A DNA stretch of 64,000 nt from Gammaproteobacteria bacterium (GCA_041495205.1 JBGQCF010000004.1:22118-86117); one strand, 5' to 3'; counted from the stretch's first letter, positions 7,400-18,241 are shown. Notes: a model not told the origin generated them from the sequence alone. Numbers and translations are program-made.

Positions 7400-10069
7400 T
7401 TACACTGTCACCGGATTGGGTTTATCAGGGTCGATGCCATATTTCTTGATAGCCTGAGTAACCATGGCGACAGGCACTTCTCCTTCATCAGCGAGAGCTT
7501 TAATCGCTGCGACGACAACATAATAGCGGTCCATCTCGAAGAACTTGCGCAATTCCTTGCGCGTGTCGGAGCGTCCAAAACCGTCGGTGCCGAGCACCAG
7601 GTAATGCCCGGGCAGAAAGGCGCGGATCTGGTCTGCGTAAATTTTCATGTAATCCGTCGCGGCAACCACAGGCCCCTTGCGATCGTTGAGACAGGTTTCA
7701 GCATGACTCAAGCGCGGCTTCCCATCGGGATGCAGCATATTCCAGCGCTGCACATCCAATCCATCGCGGCGCAGTTGATTGAAGCTGGTGACGCTCCAGA
7801 TATCCGACGCGATCCCGAAATCCTGCCTGAGAAGTTCCGCTGCCGCAATCACTTCGCGCAGAATAGTACCGCTGCCCAGCAGTTGCACTCGCAGTGCTTT
7901 TTTGTCCGCTTGTCCCTCGCTGAATAAATACATGCCTTTGAGGATCCCTTCTTCAGCTCCTTTCGGCATGGCCGGATGAGCGTAGTTTTCGTTCATCACC
8001 GTGATGTAATAAAAGACGTCCTCCTGCTCCCGGTACATGCGGCGCAGCCCGTCCTGCATAATCACGGCAAGTTCATAAGCAAAAGTCGGGTCGTAGGAAA
8101 CACAGTTGGGAATCGTGGAAGCAATCAACTGACTGTGCCCGTCCTCGTGCTGCAAGCCTTCGCCGTTTAGCGTGGTGCGGCCGGAAGTGCCCCCGAGCAG
8201 GAAGCCGCGCGCGCGGGAATCGCCCGCCGCCCAGGCGAGGTCGCCGACGCGCTGGAAACCGAACATTGAATAGAAAATGTAGAACGGAATCATCGAAACG
8301 CCATGCGTGCTGTACGACGTGGCTGCGGCGATCCACGACGACATGGCACCGGCTTCGCAGATGCCTTCCTGCAAAATCTGCCCGTGTTTGTCTTCCTTGT
8401 AGAACATCAGCTGATCAGCGTCCTGGGGTGTGTAGAGCTGCCCCACCGAAGACCAGATGCCCAGTTGCCGGAACATGCCCTCCATGCCGAAAGTGCGCGA
8501 TTCGTCCGGGACGATAGGCACAACGTGCTTGCCGATACTTTTGTCTTTCACCAGGATGTTCAAGAGACGCACAAAAACCATGGTGGTGGAAGCTTCGCGT
8601 CCTTCACCGCCGGCTTTCAAAAAAGCGTCGAACGCCGACAGCGGCGGCACTTCCAGCGGTTCAGCTTTTCTGCGGCGCGCGGGCAGATAACCGCCCAGCG
8701 CCATGCGGTGCTCGCGCATGTAATTAAGCTCCGGCGAGCCTTCCTCGAATTTGAGATAAGGCACTTCCTCGATTTTGTCGTCGGGAATCGGCAAATTGAA
8801 ACGATCCCGGAAAGCTTTCAGGGAAGTCGTCCCCATTTTTTTCTGCTGGTGCGTGATGTTCTGCGATTCGCCCGCCTCTCCCATGCCATAGCCTTTCACC
8901 GTCTTGGCGAGTATTACCGTGGGCTGACCCTTGTGCTTCACCGCGGCACTGTAGGCGGCGTAAATCTTGTGTGGGTCGTGTCCGCCGCGGTTCAAGCGCC
9001 AGATGTCGTCGTCAGTCATGTTGGCGACCATTTCCAGGAGCTCGGGATACTTGCCGAAGAAATATTTGCGTATGTAGGCGCCGTCCTTGGCGCGATAGGT
9101 CTGATACTCGCCGTCTACGCATTCATCCATGAGCTTTTGCAAAAGCCCTTTGGTGTCCCTGGCCAGCAGCGGGTCCCAGTAGCTGCCCCAGATGAGTTTA
9201 ATCACGTTCCAGCCGGCGCCGCGAAAGTCCGCTTCCAGTTCCTGGATGATTTTGCCGTTGCCGCGCACCGGCCCGTCGAGCCGCTGCAGATTGCAGTTCA
9301 CCACGAAAATCAGATTGTCGAGCTTCTCGCGCGCGGCGATGCCGATGGCGCCCATAGATTCCGGCTCGTCCACTTCGCCGTCCCCGACAAAACACCAGAC
9401 CTTGCGTCCTTCGGTGTTGGCGATGCCGCGATCAGGCAGGTATTTCATGAAGCGCGCCTGATAGATCGCCATCAGCGGGCCAAGTCCCATCGATACGGTG
9501 GGAAACTGCCAGAAGTCGGGCATCAGCCATGGATGGGGATAGGAGGACAGGCCCTTGCCGCCCACTTCCTGGCGGAAATGGTCGAGCTGTTCCTCGGTGA
9601 GCCTTCCCAACATGAAGGCGCGGGAATAAATGCCCGGCGCCGAGTGGCCTTGCACGTAAACCAGGTCGCCGCCGTGTTTTTCAGACGGCGCGTGCCAGAA
9701 GTGGTTGTAGCCGACGTCGTACAGTGTAGCGCCGGATGCGAAGCTCGCGATATGGCCGCCGACATTGGTGTTCTTGTTGGCGCGCACCACCATGGCCAGC
9801 GCATTCCAGCGCGCGTAGGAACGGATACGGTGCTCCAGCTCGTGATTACCCGGCGAACGTTCCTCTTTTTCCGGCGGAATGGTGTTGACGTAGGCGGTAT
9901 TGGCGCTGAAGGGCAGATAAGCGCCCGAGCGGCGCGCTTTGTCAATCAGTCTTTCCAGCAGGTAATGAGCGCGGTCGGGGCCCTCCTGCTCCAGAACGGC
10001 TTCCAGCGCATCCAGCCATTCCTGCGTTTCCTGCGGATCGTGATCGGGGAATCGGTCCATGGCGGCCAC
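7400..10069 (-). CDS. aceE: pyruvate dehydrogenase E1 component (homodimeric type)
   Basis: 889 aa with a typical AceE N-terminus (DPQETQEWLDAL) and ThDP-binding region (GDGEVDEPES). Confidence 0.95.
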   Translation of the reverse strand: MAAMDRFPDHDPQETQEWLDALEAVLEQEGPDRAHYLLERLIDKARRSGAYLPFSANTAYVNTIPPEKEERSPGNHELEHRIRSYARWNALAMVVRANKNTNVGGHIASFASGATLYDVGYNHFWHAPSEKHGGDLVYVQGHSAPGIYSRAFMLGRLTEEQLDHFRQEVGGKGLSSYPHPWLMPDFWQFPTVSMGLGPLMAIYQARFMKYLPDRGIANTEGRKVWCFVGDGEVDEPESMGAIGIAAREKLDNLIFVVNCNLQRLDGPVRGNGKIIQELEADFRGAGWNVIKLIWGSYWDPLLARDTKGLLQKLMDECVDGEYQTYRAKDGAYIRKYFFGKYPELLEMVANMTDDDIWRLNRGGHDPHKIYAAYSAAVKHKGQPTVILAKTVKGYGMGEAGESQNITHQQKKMGTTSLKAFRDRFNLPIPDDKIEEVPYLKFEEGSPELNYMREHRMALGGYLPARRRKAEPLEVPPLSAFDAFLKAGGEGREASTTMVFVRLLNILVKDKSIGKHVVPIVPDESRTFGMEGMFRQLGIWSSVGQLYTPQDADQLMFYKEDKHGQILQEGICEAGAMSSWIAAATSYSTHGVSMIPFYIFYSMFGFQRVGDLAWAAGDSRARGFLLGGTSGRTTLNGEGLQHEDGHSQLIASTIPNCVSYDPTFAYELAVIMQDGLRRMYREQEDVFYYITVMNENYAHPAMPKGAEEGILKGMYLFSEGQADKKALRVQLLGSGTILREVIAAAELLRQDFGIASDIWSVTSFNQLRRDGLDVQRWNMLHPDGKPRLSHAETCLNDRKGPVVAATDYMKIYADQIRAFLPGHYLVLGTDGFGRSDTRKELRKFFEMDRYYVVVAAIKALADEGEVPVAMVTQAIKKYGIDPDKPNPVTV

Positions 10070-10233
10070 CTTGGATCAAGGTTTATCAGGCATTTTCTCA
10101 CTTGTGGTGAGAATATATTCTTTTTTTATTATAACACCTGCTATCGCGTTTTCTCCGCCTATATTGCCTGCGGGGTAACAAACGGTTTGCCGCAATTGGA
10201 CATGATAAACACTACGTTTGTGTCCATTTCATG

Positions 10234-12039
10234 TTAGGTTTTGTTGGCGTCATGTCGGAATTTGACGTACGAACCCGGTGCTTCTTCCAGCGGTTTCAAC
10301 TTACCCTCGCCGGGAATACGCGCCGGCACCTTGTCACCGGCATATTTCGTCACCCACCTGTCCCAGTCCGTCCACCACGAGCCTTCATTTTGCTTGGCCC
10401 CTTGCAACCAGGTATCCGCATCAGGACTGAGTTTGGCATTGGTACGATAACCATACTTGTTGGCGAAGGGCGGATTAATCACACCGGCAACATGCCCCGA
10501 GCCGCCGAGCACGAACTTCACCGGCCCGCTGAACAAACATGCGCCGGCATAAGTGGATTTCCACGGCGCAATGTGGTCTTCCACCGTGGACAGGAAATAC
10601 ACCGGCGTTTTCACTTTGGCAAGGTCTATCGGCACGCCTGCTAACGTCAGTCCGCCCGGCTGTATCAGAAGATTCTTGATATACATGTTGCGCAAATAAA
10701 AACTGTGCATTGTTGCCGGCATGCGGGTGGAATCGGAATTCCAGTAGAGCATATCGAACGGGAACGGATCCTTGCCAAGCAGATAGTTGTTCACCACAAA
10801 CGACCAGATTAGATCGTTCGAACGCAGCATGTTGAAGGTGGTCGCCATTTCAGAGCCTTCGAGGTAGCCGCGCTCTTCCATGCGCTTTTCCAGCGCGTCC
10901 ACCCGTTGCTCGTCAACGAACACTCCCAGCTCGCCAGGGTCGCTGAAATCAATCAGGGTCGCAAAAAACGTGGCGCTTGCAATCCGCTGGTCTTGCCTCG
11001 CAGTCATGTAGCCCAGGGCCGCAGCGAGCAAGGTGCCGCCCAGGCAGTAGCCGATGGCGTTGACTTCTTTCTCGTCAGTAACTTTTTCGATGGCATCCAG
11101 CGCGGCCAGCGGGCCTTCCAGCAAATAATCCTCGAAATTCTTATGCGCGAGCTTTTCGTCCGGATTGACCCAGGAAATCACAAACACGGTGTGCCCCCGG
11201 TCCACGGCCCATTTGATGAGGGAATTCTCCTCGCGCAAATCGAGGATGTAGAACTTGTTGATCCACGGTGGAATGATGAGCAGCGGACGTCGATATACCT
11301 CTGCTGTGAAGGGCTGATACTGGATGAGTTGCATTAAATCGTTCTGGTAAATGATCTTACCTTTGGTGGTAGCGACGTTCTCGCCGAGCCTGAACGCCTC
11401 GAGGTCGGTCATCTTGATGCGTAGCTGCTTGTGTTCGCCGCGCTCCAGGTCTTCAAGCAGGTTTTTCAGGCCCTTCACCAGATTTTGGCCTCCGCTTTCT
11501 ACAGTCTCGCGCAATACTTCGGGATTGGTTAGCATGAAATTGCTCGGAGAGAGCGCATCGATAAACTGGCGCGTAAAGAAATTCACTTTCTTGGTCGTCT
11601 GCTCATCCAACCCCTCGACGCTGCCGACCACTTCATGCAAATGACGCGCGGCAATCAGATAAGACTGCTTGATGTAGTCAAACAGAAAATGTTTCTCCCA
11701 CGCCTCGTCCTTGAAGCGCTTGTCGCTGGCGTGGGGCGACACCACCGGCGGCGCGTTTTGTCCCATCATTTTCATCACCGAGCCATGCCACAGCGCAAGG
11801 TAGTCCTGCCACAGCTTCATTTGCGCTTCAGCCAGCTTGAACGGATCCGCCATCATCCTCGTGGTAAGGTCGAAGAACGCTTTGCCGATTCCCAGTTCAT
11901 CTACCATGCCCAGCGGACTGGCCCCCGCATGACGTTCCAGGAATTCGGAAATTATTTGCCGGCTCTGTCGCGCCATCTCGGCATAAGACTTGGAAAGCTG
12001 CGCCGGGCTAGTCATGGAATCAGCTCGTGGTGTGCCCAT
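10234..12039 (-). CDS. phaC: class I poly(R)-hydroxyalkanoate synthase
   Basis: 601 aa with the lipase-box variant GYCLGG and a PhaC N-terminal domain. The size fits class I. Confidence 0.88.
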   Translation of the reverse strand: MGTPRADSMTSPAQLSKSYAEMARQSRQIISEFLERHAGASPLGMVDELGIGKAFFDLTTRMMADPFKLAEAQMKLWQDYLALWHGSVMKMMGQNAPPVVSPHASDKRFKDEAWEKHFLFDYIKQSYLIAARHLHEVVGSVEGLDEQTTKKVNFFTRQFIDALSPSNFMLTNPEVLRETVESGGQNLVKGLKNLLEDLERGEHKQLRIKMTDLEAFRLGENVATTKGKIIYQNDLMQLIQYQPFTAEVYRRPLLIIPPWINKFYILDLREENSLIKWAVDRGHTVFVISWVNPDEKLAHKNFEDYLLEGPLAALDAIEKVTDEKEVNAIGYCLGGTLLAAALGYMTARQDQRIASATFFATLIDFSDPGELGVFVDEQRVDALEKRMEERGYLEGSEMATTFNMLRSNDLIWSFVVNNYLLGKDPFPFDMLYWNSDSTRMPATMHSFYLRNMYIKNLLIQPGGLTLAGVPIDLAKVKTPVYFLSTVEDHIAPWKSTYAGACLFSGPVKFVLGGSGHVAGVINPPFANKYGYRTNAKLSPDADTWLQGAKQNEGSWWTDWDRWVTKYAGDKVPARIPGEGKLKPLEEAPGSYVKFRHDANKT

Positions 12040-12189
12040 TAATCATTCCTCGCAAATAAAACTTTTATTCAAACACCGATCCTAGCGAACGCGGGCGACC
12101 GGCCCGGCGCAACCTTACTGCAGGCAAGGAGCAGGGTGGTTCAGATTAAGTCAACTATATATAGGTACAATTGGGTTTAAGCTCACTGC

Positions 12190-12206
12190 TTTACGTTTAC
12201 GTCAAA
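12190..12206 (+). promoter_or_regulatory. putative LiuR/MerR-type operator (TTTACGTTTACGTCAAA)
   Basis: Two ACGT cores in an imperfect dyad about 45 nt upstream of the MerR-family gene. Closely resembles the perfect palindrome at 12646-12661. Confidence 0.45.
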
Positions 12207-12252
12207 GGAAGAGTATATTGTAACTGCTCTTCTAATTCCTGGGGTGGAAACA

Positions 12253-12645
12253 ATGACCACTTTCACCATTACGGATCTCGCCAAAGAGTATCAGATTACC
12301 ACCCGCGCCATCCGCTTCTACGAAGATCAGGGGCTGCTGGCCCCGGCACGCTCCGCCCGCAATCGGGTTTACAACAAGCGCGACCGGGTACGCCTCGAGC
12401 TCATTTTGCGCAGCAAGCGCCTAGGGTTTTCCCTTGTGGAAATTAAGGAGCTATTCGATCTCTACGATTCCGCGCAAGGGGACAAGGCGCAACTCAGGCA
12501 GTTCCTGAATGTTCTTTCTTCAAAACGTGTGCGTCTCGGGGAAATGAAAAAAGACATTGAGGCTATGCTCTCAGAGATCGACATGTTTGAATACCAGTGC
12601 AAGACAGTTCTGGAAAAACACGATCAGCCTAAAGAACTTGACTGA
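12253..12645 (+). CDS. liuR: MerR family transcriptional regulator (LiuR-like)
   Basis: N-terminal MerR HTH (FTITDLAKEYQITTRAIRFYEDQGLL). Adjacent to HMG-CoA lyase, as in liu clusters. ATG at 12253 is preferred over the GTG at 12244. Confidence 0.7.
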   Translation: MTTFTITDLAKEYQITTRAIRFYEDQGLLAPARSARNRVYNKRDRVRLELILRSKRLGFSLVEIKELFDLYDSAQGDKAQLRQFLNVLSSKRVRLGEMKKDIEAMLSEIDMFEYQCKTVLEKHDQPKELD

Positions 12646-12661
12646 TTTACGTTAACGTAAA
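12646..12661 (+). promoter_or_regulatory. perfect 16-bp palindrome TTTACGTTAACGTAAA (putative LiuR operator)
   Basis: Perfect dyad immediately after the liuR stop and about 100 nt upstream of the HMG-CoA lyase start. Confidence 0.5.
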
Positions 12662-12759
12662 CGTAATATACGATAATTTTCAATCCTGCCCAAGTTCAGA
12701 GGTTGAGAAATGAATAAATTTCAAACAGCTGAAGCATTTCCAGCAGAGGATATACGCAA

Positions 12760-13665
12760 ATGGATCTGCCGAAACGAGTGAAAATGGTTGAGGTCAGTCC
12801 CCGCGACGGATTGCAGAACGAAGCGGCCAACGTTCCGACCCACATCAAAATCGAACTCATCGAGCGCCTTGCCGATGCCGGGCTTCAGGTGGTGGAAGCG
12901 GCGAGCTTTGTGTCACCGAAATGGGTGCCGCAGATGGCGGACAGCGCCCAGGTCATGGCCGGCATCAAGCGCAAGGCGGGGGTGAGCTATCCGGTGCTGG
13001 TGCCCAACATGAAAGGCTTTGAAGCTGCGCTTGCCGCAGGCGCGAAAGAAATCGCGGTGTTTTCGGCAGCCAGTGAAACGTTTTCGCAAAAAAATACTAA
13101 TTGCTCGATTGCAGAAGGACTGGAACGCTTCAGCGCGGTATGCGAAGCCGCGCAATCAAAAGGCATCCGCGTGCGCGGCTACATTTCCTGCGTACTCGGC
13201 TGCCCTTACGAAGGCGAAGTTGTAGCAGACAAGGTTGCGCATGTCGCGACGCTGCTTTACGACATGGGATGCTATGAAATCTCGCTGGGCGATACCATCG
13301 GCGTCGGCACGCCGGGCAAAACCAAAGCAATGATTGAGGCGGTCGCTGAAAGAGTACCGGTGGAAAAACTCGCGGGGCATTTTCACGATACTTACGGCCA
13401 GGCGCTGGCCAACGTCTATGCTGCGCTGGAATGCGGCGTGACGGTAATCGACAGCTCGGTTGCCGGCTTAGGCGGTTGCCCTTATGCGCGCGGCGCTTCA
13501 GGCAACGTCGCCAGCGAAGATGTGCTCTATATGCTGAACGGTCTGGGGATTAAAAGCGGCGTTGATCTCGACAAGCTGATAAACGCAGGTCAGTTCATTT
13601 CCGATTATCTCGGCCGCCCGCCTGTATCCAAAGTTTCGCGCGCCATCACCAGCAAGCGCGCATAA
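12760..13665 (+). CDS. hmgL: hydroxymethylglutaryl-CoA lyase
   Basis: 301 aa with N-terminal [12 protein letters not shown] and the HMGL-like TIM-barrel motifs ([22 protein letters not shown]). Confidence 0.9.
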   Translation: MDLPKRVKMVEVSPRDGLQNEAANVPTHIKIELIERLADAGLQVVEAASFVSPKWVPQMADSAQVMAGIKRKAGVSYPVLVPNMKGFEAALAAGAKEIAVFSAASETFSQKNTNCSIAEGLERFSAVCEAAQSKGIRVRGYISCVLGCPYEGEVVADKVAHVATLLYDMGCYEISLGDTIGVGTPGKTKAMIEAVAERVPVEKLAGHFHDTYGQALANVYAALECGVTVIDSSVAGLGGCPYARGASGNVASEDVLYMLNGLGIKSGVDLDKLINAGQFISDYLGRPPVSKVSRAITSKRA

Positions 13666-13724
13666 AATCCGCTGCATATCTCAGCTCAAACCACAATTTT
13701 CCATATTCTGCCGGCTCAACGCCT

Positions 13725-13744
13725 AACGTCATAATCCTGTAACA
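13725..13744 (+). promoter_or_regulatory. Pho box
   Basis: ACGTCAT-AATC-CTGTAAC matches the two 7-bp direct repeats with a 4-bp spacer (consensus CTGTCAT-N4-CTGTCAT). Lies about 45 nt upstream of pstS. Confidence 0.6.
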
Positions 13745-13788
13745 ATTGGCAATTAGGATTCACGTATTCATTTAAGAGAGAGGAAACC

Positions 13789-14835
13789 ATGCATGAATCG
13801 AAACGAATCTGCAGATTGATTGCTTTGGCAAGCTCGCTAATAATCAGCGCCTCGGCCTTTGCGGCTGACATCACCGGCGCAGGAGCGACCTTCCCTTATC
13901 CCATCTACGCCAAATGGGCGGAAGCCTATAAGACCAGGACTGGAAACGAGCTGAACTACCAGTCGATCGGCTCGGGCGGCGGCATCAAGCAAATCCAGAA
14001 TCGCACCGTAGATTTTGGTGCGAGCGATATGCCCATGAAGCCGGAGGACCTGGAAAAAAACGGTCTGTTGCAGTTCCCGACCGTGGTAGGCGGTGACGTC
14101 CCGGTGATCAACTTGAAGGGGGTCAAGTCCGGCGAAATGCGGCTGACCGGCCCGGTTCTGGCGGACATTTACCTTGGCAAGATCAAGAAATGGAACGACC
14201 CCGCCATTGTCGCGCTCAATAAAAGCCTCAGCCTGCCTGACCAGGACATCACGGTGGTACACCGCTCGGACGGTTCCGGCACGACCTTTATTTGGGTGAA
14301 TTATTTGTCCAAAGTGAGCCCGGAATGGAAAGAAAAAGTGGGTGAAGGCACCTCCGTCGCCTGGCCAACCGGCGTGGGCGGCAAGGGTAATGAAGGCGTC
14401 GCCTCCTATGTCCAGCGCATCAATGGATCGATTGGCTACGTGGAATACGCCTATGCGCTGCAAAACAAGATGGCCCACGCGCTGGTGCAGAACCGCGACG
14501 GCTACTTTGTTTCGCCGAATATCGACACATTCAAAGCGGCTGCGGCGGGCGCGCAATGGGACAAAGCGCCGGGCATGTATCTGATTCTCACCGATCAGCT
14601 TGGCAAGGACGCTTGGCCCATCAGCGGCGCGACATTCATCCTGGTGTATAAGTCCCAGGACAAACCGGATCGGGCAAAGCAAGTATTGAAATTCTTCGAC
14701 TGGGCCTACGCCGAAGGCGACAAGATGGCCATGCAGCTTGACTACGTGCCCTTGCCGGACAGCGTGGTTGCGTTGATTCAATCATCTTGGAAGAACCAAA
14801 TCAAGGACGCCTCCGGCAAACCCGTCTGGCCGTGA
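13789..14835 (+). CDS. pstS: phosphate ABC transporter substrate-binding protein
   Basis: 348 aa with a signal peptide ending SAFA/AD and the PstS motifs GAGATFPYPIY and SDGSGTT. Confidence 0.93.
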   Translation: MHESKRICRLIALASSLIISASAFAADITGAGATFPYPIYAKWAEAYKTRTGNELNYQSIGSGGGIKQIQNRTVDFGASDMPMKPEDLEKNGLLQFPTVVGGDVPVINLKGVKSGEMRLTGPVLADIYLGKIKKWNDPAIVALNKSLSLPDQDITVVHRSDGSGTTFIWVNYLSKVSPEWKEKVGEGTSVAWPTGVGGKGNEGVASYVQRINGSIGYVEYAYALQNKMAHALVQNRDGYFVSPNIDTFKAAAAGAQWDKAPGMYLILTDQLGKDAWPISGATFILVYKSQDKPDRAKQVLKFFDWAYAEGDKMAMQLDYVPLPDSVVALIQSSWKNQIKDASGKPVWP

Positions 14836-14863
14836 GTGACAGTATGTCGCGAAGGCGTGTAAA

Positions 14864-15883
14864 ATGACCTCCGCTGTGACTGCTATTGAGGGGGTGCAAA
14901 GCCCCCCGGCTCCCAAAATAATCTCAAGTACCTTAACAGCCGCCCGTCTTGGGCGGCAGTATTTTATCGACCTCGTTTTCCTCAACACGACGCGGCTGTT
15001 CGCACTTGTGGTCCTGGCGCTGATGTTGGCCATACTGGTATCGCTGCTCGTCGGCAGCCTCCCGGCAATGCGCGCCTTTGGCTTTGGATTTCTGACGAGC
15101 ACCGACTGGGATCCGGTACAGGAGAAATTCGGCGCGCTGGTGCCAGTTTTCGGCACCCTGGTAACTTCGTTCATCGCACTGCTGATCGGCATTCCGGTAA
15201 GTTTCGGCATCGCGCTGTTTCTGACGGAACTATCGCCGACCTGGCTTAAGCGTCCGCTTGGCATAGCCATAGAATTGCTGGCCGGCATTCCGAGCATCAT
15301 CTACGGCATGTGGGGCCTGTTCGTGTTTGCCCCGATCTTCGCCGACTACGTGCAGCCTTGGCTGATCAAGTATATCGGCCCGCTTGCGATTGTCGGCCCG
15401 CTGTTCAGCGGCACGCCGCAAGGAATCGGCATGCTGACAGCGGGTATTATCCTTGCCATTATGGTCATTCCCTTCATCGCTTCGGTGATGCGCGACGTAT
15501 TTGAACTCGTGCCGCCCTTGCTCAAGGAATCGGCTTATGGGCTCGGCGCGACCACCTGGGAAGTAGTCTGGCACGTGGTGCTGCCGTACACGAAAATCGG
15601 TGTGGTGGGCGGGATTCTGCTCGGGCTGGGACGTGCCTTGGGCGAAACCATGGCAGTTACCTTCGTCATCGGCAATGCGCATCAAGTCTACACATCGCTG
15701 CTCGCGCCGGGCAATAGCATCGCCTCCGCACTCGCCAACGAATTCACCGAAGCCGTCGGTGACTTGTATACGGCCGCCCTGATCGAGCTGGGGCTGCTGC
15801 TGTTTCTAATCACCGTGATCGTACTAGCGCTTGCCAAGCTGCTCTTGCTGCAGCTCGCCAAGATGGAAGGCGCCCAGACCTGA
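14864..15883 (+). CDS. pstC: phosphate ABC transporter permease
   Basis: 339-aa multi-TM permease with an EAA-like loop ([12 protein letters not shown]), in pst order. Confidence 0.9.
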   Translation: MTSAVTAIEGVQSPPAPKIISSTLTAARLGRQYFIDLVFLNTTRLFALVVLALMLAILVSLLVGSLPAMRAFGFGFLTSTDWDPVQEKFGALVPVFGTLVTSFIALLIGIPVSFGIALFLTELSPTWLKRPLGIAIELLAGIPSIIYGMWGLFVFAPIFADYVQPWLIKYIGPLAIVGPLFSGTPQGIGMLTAGIILAIMVIPFIASVMRDVFELVPPLLKESAYGLGATTWEVVWHVVLPYTKIGVVGGILLGLGRALGETMAVTFVIGNAHQVYTSLLAPGNSIASALANEFTEAVGDLYTAALIELGLLLFLITVIVLALAKLLLLQLAKMEGAQT

Positions 15884-15889
15884 GGTAAC

Positions 15890-16735
15890 ATGAATCCTAT
15901 TTACCGCCGCAGGCGGCTGATTAACGGATTTAATCTTTTTGTCTCCATGCTTACCGTGGCTTTCGGCCTGTTTTGGCTCGCCTGGATACTGTGGACGCTG
16001 GTGGACAACGGCCTGCACGCCATCAACCTGACGATCTTCATGCAAAGCACGCCGCCTCCGGGCAGCAACGGCGGACTGGCTAACGCCATCTTTGGAAGCC
16101 TGTTGATGACCTCAATCGCGGTTTTAATTGGCACTCCGGTGGGCATACTGGCGGGGACTTATCTCGCGGAATACGGGCGTGGCGGCTGGCTCGCGCCGGC
16201 CACGCGGTTTATCAACGACATCCTCCTCAGCGCGCCGTCCATCGTCATCGGGCTTTTTGTTTACGCCGTTTACGTCGCAAACGTGAAGCACTTTTCCGGG
16301 TGGGCTGGCGCATGCGCGCTTGCGCTCATCGTGATTCCGGTGGTATTAAAAACCACCGAGAACATGCTGAGGCTTATTCCCAACAGCCTGCGCGAAGCCG
16401 CCGCCGCCTTAGGCACGCCGCGCTGGAAAATAATCACGATGATCACTTTGCGCGCCTCCCGAGCGGGCATCCTGACCGGGATTTTGCTCGCCATCGCCCG
16501 TATCAGCGGCGAGACCGCACCGCTGCTCTTCACCTCACTCAACAACCAGTTCTGGTCCTCGAACTTCAACGCGCCGATGGCAAATCTGCCAGTCGTGATT
16601 TTTCAGTTCGCCATGAGCCCGTACAGCGACTGGCAGAGGTTGGCGTGGGGCGGCGCACTGCTTATCACGGTTGCCGTACTCATTTTTAACATTATCGGCC
16701 GAACGCTGTTCGGCCAAAAATCACCCCTGCAGTAG
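15890..16735 (+). CDS. pstA: phosphate ABC transporter permease
   Basis: 281-aa permease with an EAA loop ([12 protein letters not shown]), in pst order. Confidence 0.9.
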   Translation: MNPIYRRRRLINGFNLFVSMLTVAFGLFWLAWILWTLVDNGLHAINLTIFMQSTPPPGSNGGLANAIFGSLLMTSIAVLIGTPVGILAGTYLAEYGRGGWLAPATRFINDILLSAPSIVIGLFVYAVYVANVKHFSGWAGACALALIVIPVVLKTTENMLRLIPNSLREAAAALGTPRWKIITMITLRASRAGILTGILLAIARISGETAPLLFTSLNNQFWSSNFNAPMANLPVVIFQFAMSPYSDWQRLAWGGALLITVAVLIFNIIGRTLFGQKSPLQ

Positions 16736-16754
16736 CCTGAATTTGGAATCCATT

Positions 16755-17528
16755 ATGGATGAATCTAACGCGTCTGCACCCAAGATCAAAATACACAACC
16801 TGTGCTTTTATTACGGCAACTATCAGGCGTTGAAACCTATGGATTTCGAGATACCGGAAAACCGGGTCACCGCGTTTATCGGACCTTCGGGCTGCGGCAA
16901 GTCCACCTTATTGCGCACGTTTAACCGGATGTATGAGCTGTATCCCAACCAGCGGGCGACAGGAGAGATCCTGATGGACGGGCAAAACGTCCTTAATCCG
17001 CGCCAGGATCTCAACATGCTGCGCGCCAAGGTAGGCATGGTGTTTCAGAAGCCCACGCCGTTCCCCATGTCTATTTTCGACAATATTGCCTTTGGCATCA
17101 AACTCTACGAAAGCCTGTCCCGGCGCGAACTTGAGGAGCGGGTTGAATGGGCGCTGCGCAAAGCCGCGCTGTGGGATGAAGTCAAGGATAAACTGAACCA
17201 AAGCGGAACCAGCCTCTCCGGCGGGCAACAACAGCGTTTGTGCATTGCCCGTGCCATCGCGGTGAAGCCCGAGGTGCTGTTGTTGGACGAGCCTGCTTCC
17301 GCTCTGGACCCGATTTCGACCGCGCGCATCGAAGAGTTGATCCATGAACTTAAGGAGGACTACACCATCGCCATCGTCACCCACAATATGCAACAGGCGG
17401 CCCGCGTCTCCGACTATACTGCCTACATATACTTGGGCGAATTGATCGAATTCGGCAGGACGGATGAAATCTTCATCAAGCCCAAGCGAAAAGAAACCGA
17501 AGACTACATCACCGGCCGCTTCGGCTAG
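16755..17528 (+). CDS. pstB: phosphate ABC transporter ATP-binding protein
   Basis: Walker [10 protein letters not shown], signature LSGGQQQR and Walker B LLLDEP. The ATG at 16755 removes the overlap with pstA present in the longer ORF. Confidence 0.92.
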   Translation: MDESNASAPKIKIHNLCFYYGNYQALKPMDFEIPENRVTAFIGPSGCGKSTLLRTFNRMYELYPNQRATGEILMDGQNVLNPRQDLNMLRAKVGMVFQKPTPFPMSIFDNIAFGIKLYESLSRRELEERVEWALRKAALWDEVKDKLNQSGTSLSGGQQQRLCIARAIAVKPEVLLLDEPASALDPISTARIEELIHELKEDYTIAIVTHNMQQAARVSDYTAYIYLGELIEFGRTDEIFIKPKRKETEDYITGRFG

Positions 17529-17542
17529 ACAGAGGAAAAACC

Positions 17543-18241
17543 ATGAACGAGCACACTTCAAAACAGTTCGACGCCGACATGGAGGCCATCCGCACCGCGG
17601 TGCTGAATATGGGCGGCTTGGTCGAGCAGCAGTTGCTGCGGGCCATCAATGCGTTGAAGTCCGGCGATGATGAAGCCGCGCACGATGTGCTCGCAGACGA
17701 GGGGCGCATCAACAGCATGCAGGTGGAAATCGATCAGTTGTGCAGTCAGATAATAAGTAAGCGCCAGCCGGCGGCGATTGATTTGCGCATGATCATGACG
17801 TTCATCAAAACGGTCACCGACCTCGAACGCATCGGCGATGAGGCCAAGAAAATTGCGGCCAAGGCGCAGCAGGTCCGCGCAGGCGTCACGGCAGGACAGC
17901 TGCATGAACTCACCTGGGTTTCTGAGACGGCACGGCAGATGGTGCAGAAAGCGCTGGACGCGCTTGCGCGCCTTGATCTCAAGGCGGCCGCCGAAGTACT
18001 GCGGGAGGACGAAAAAGTTGACACGGAGTTTGTGAGCATCGTGCGTCAAATGGCTAGCTATATGATGGAGGATCCCCGTACCATTTCCGCATGCATCGAG
18101 ATCGTGCTGATTGCCAAGGCCATCGAGCGCATCGGCGACCACGCCAAGAATATTTGCGAGTACGTGGTGCATGTGGTGAAAGGCAGGGACGTAAGACACG
18201 CGAGCCTGGCCGAAATCCAGCAGGAAATCAGCAAGGGCTAA
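17543..18241 (+). CDS. phoU: phosphate signalling complex protein PhoU
   Basis: 232 aa with two PhoU repeats (DLERIGDEAKKIA and IERIGDHAKNICE). Confidence 0.92.
   Translation: MNEHTSKQFDADMEAIRTAVLNMGGLVEQQLLRAINALKSGDDEAAHDVLADEGRINSMQVEIDQLCSQIISKRQPAAIDLRMIMTFIKTVTDLERIGDEAKKIAAKAQQVRAGVTAGQLHELTWVSETARQMVQKALDALARLDLKAAAEVLREDEKVDTEFVSIVRQMASYMMEDPRTISACIEIVLIAKAIERIGDHAKNICEYVVHVVKGRDVRHASLAEIQQEISKG

Noticed and set aside
8303-10237. 644-aa ORF on the plus strand, the longest unassigned ORF in the track.
   Set aside because: It lies entirely antisense to aceE, whose product is unmistakable. Its composition is Arg/Ala/His-rich, typical of shadow ORFs in GC-rich DNA, and no motif was recognised. 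The same reasoning applies to 2320-3303 (antisense to rng), 7049-7927, 13837-14781 (antisense to pstS), 20943-21860 (antisense to acr3), 28410-29267, 30484-31257, 35747-36775, 38087-38776, 45136-45912, 53526-54347 and 55465-56325.
10232-10238. Isolated attC-core-like heptamers outside the cassette region: GTTAGGT at 10232, GCCTAAC at 13721 and GTTAGAA at 50020.
   Set aside because: None has a partner inverse-core or core at 50-150 nt, and none has an intervening imperfect palindrome. They overlap a stop codon or the Pho box and are expected by chance.
12710-12781. 23-codon upstream ORF overlapping the HMG-CoA lyase start, a possible leader peptide.
   Set aside because: There is no enrichment for Leu or other regulatory codons and no attenuator hairpin. 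It is probably fortuitous.
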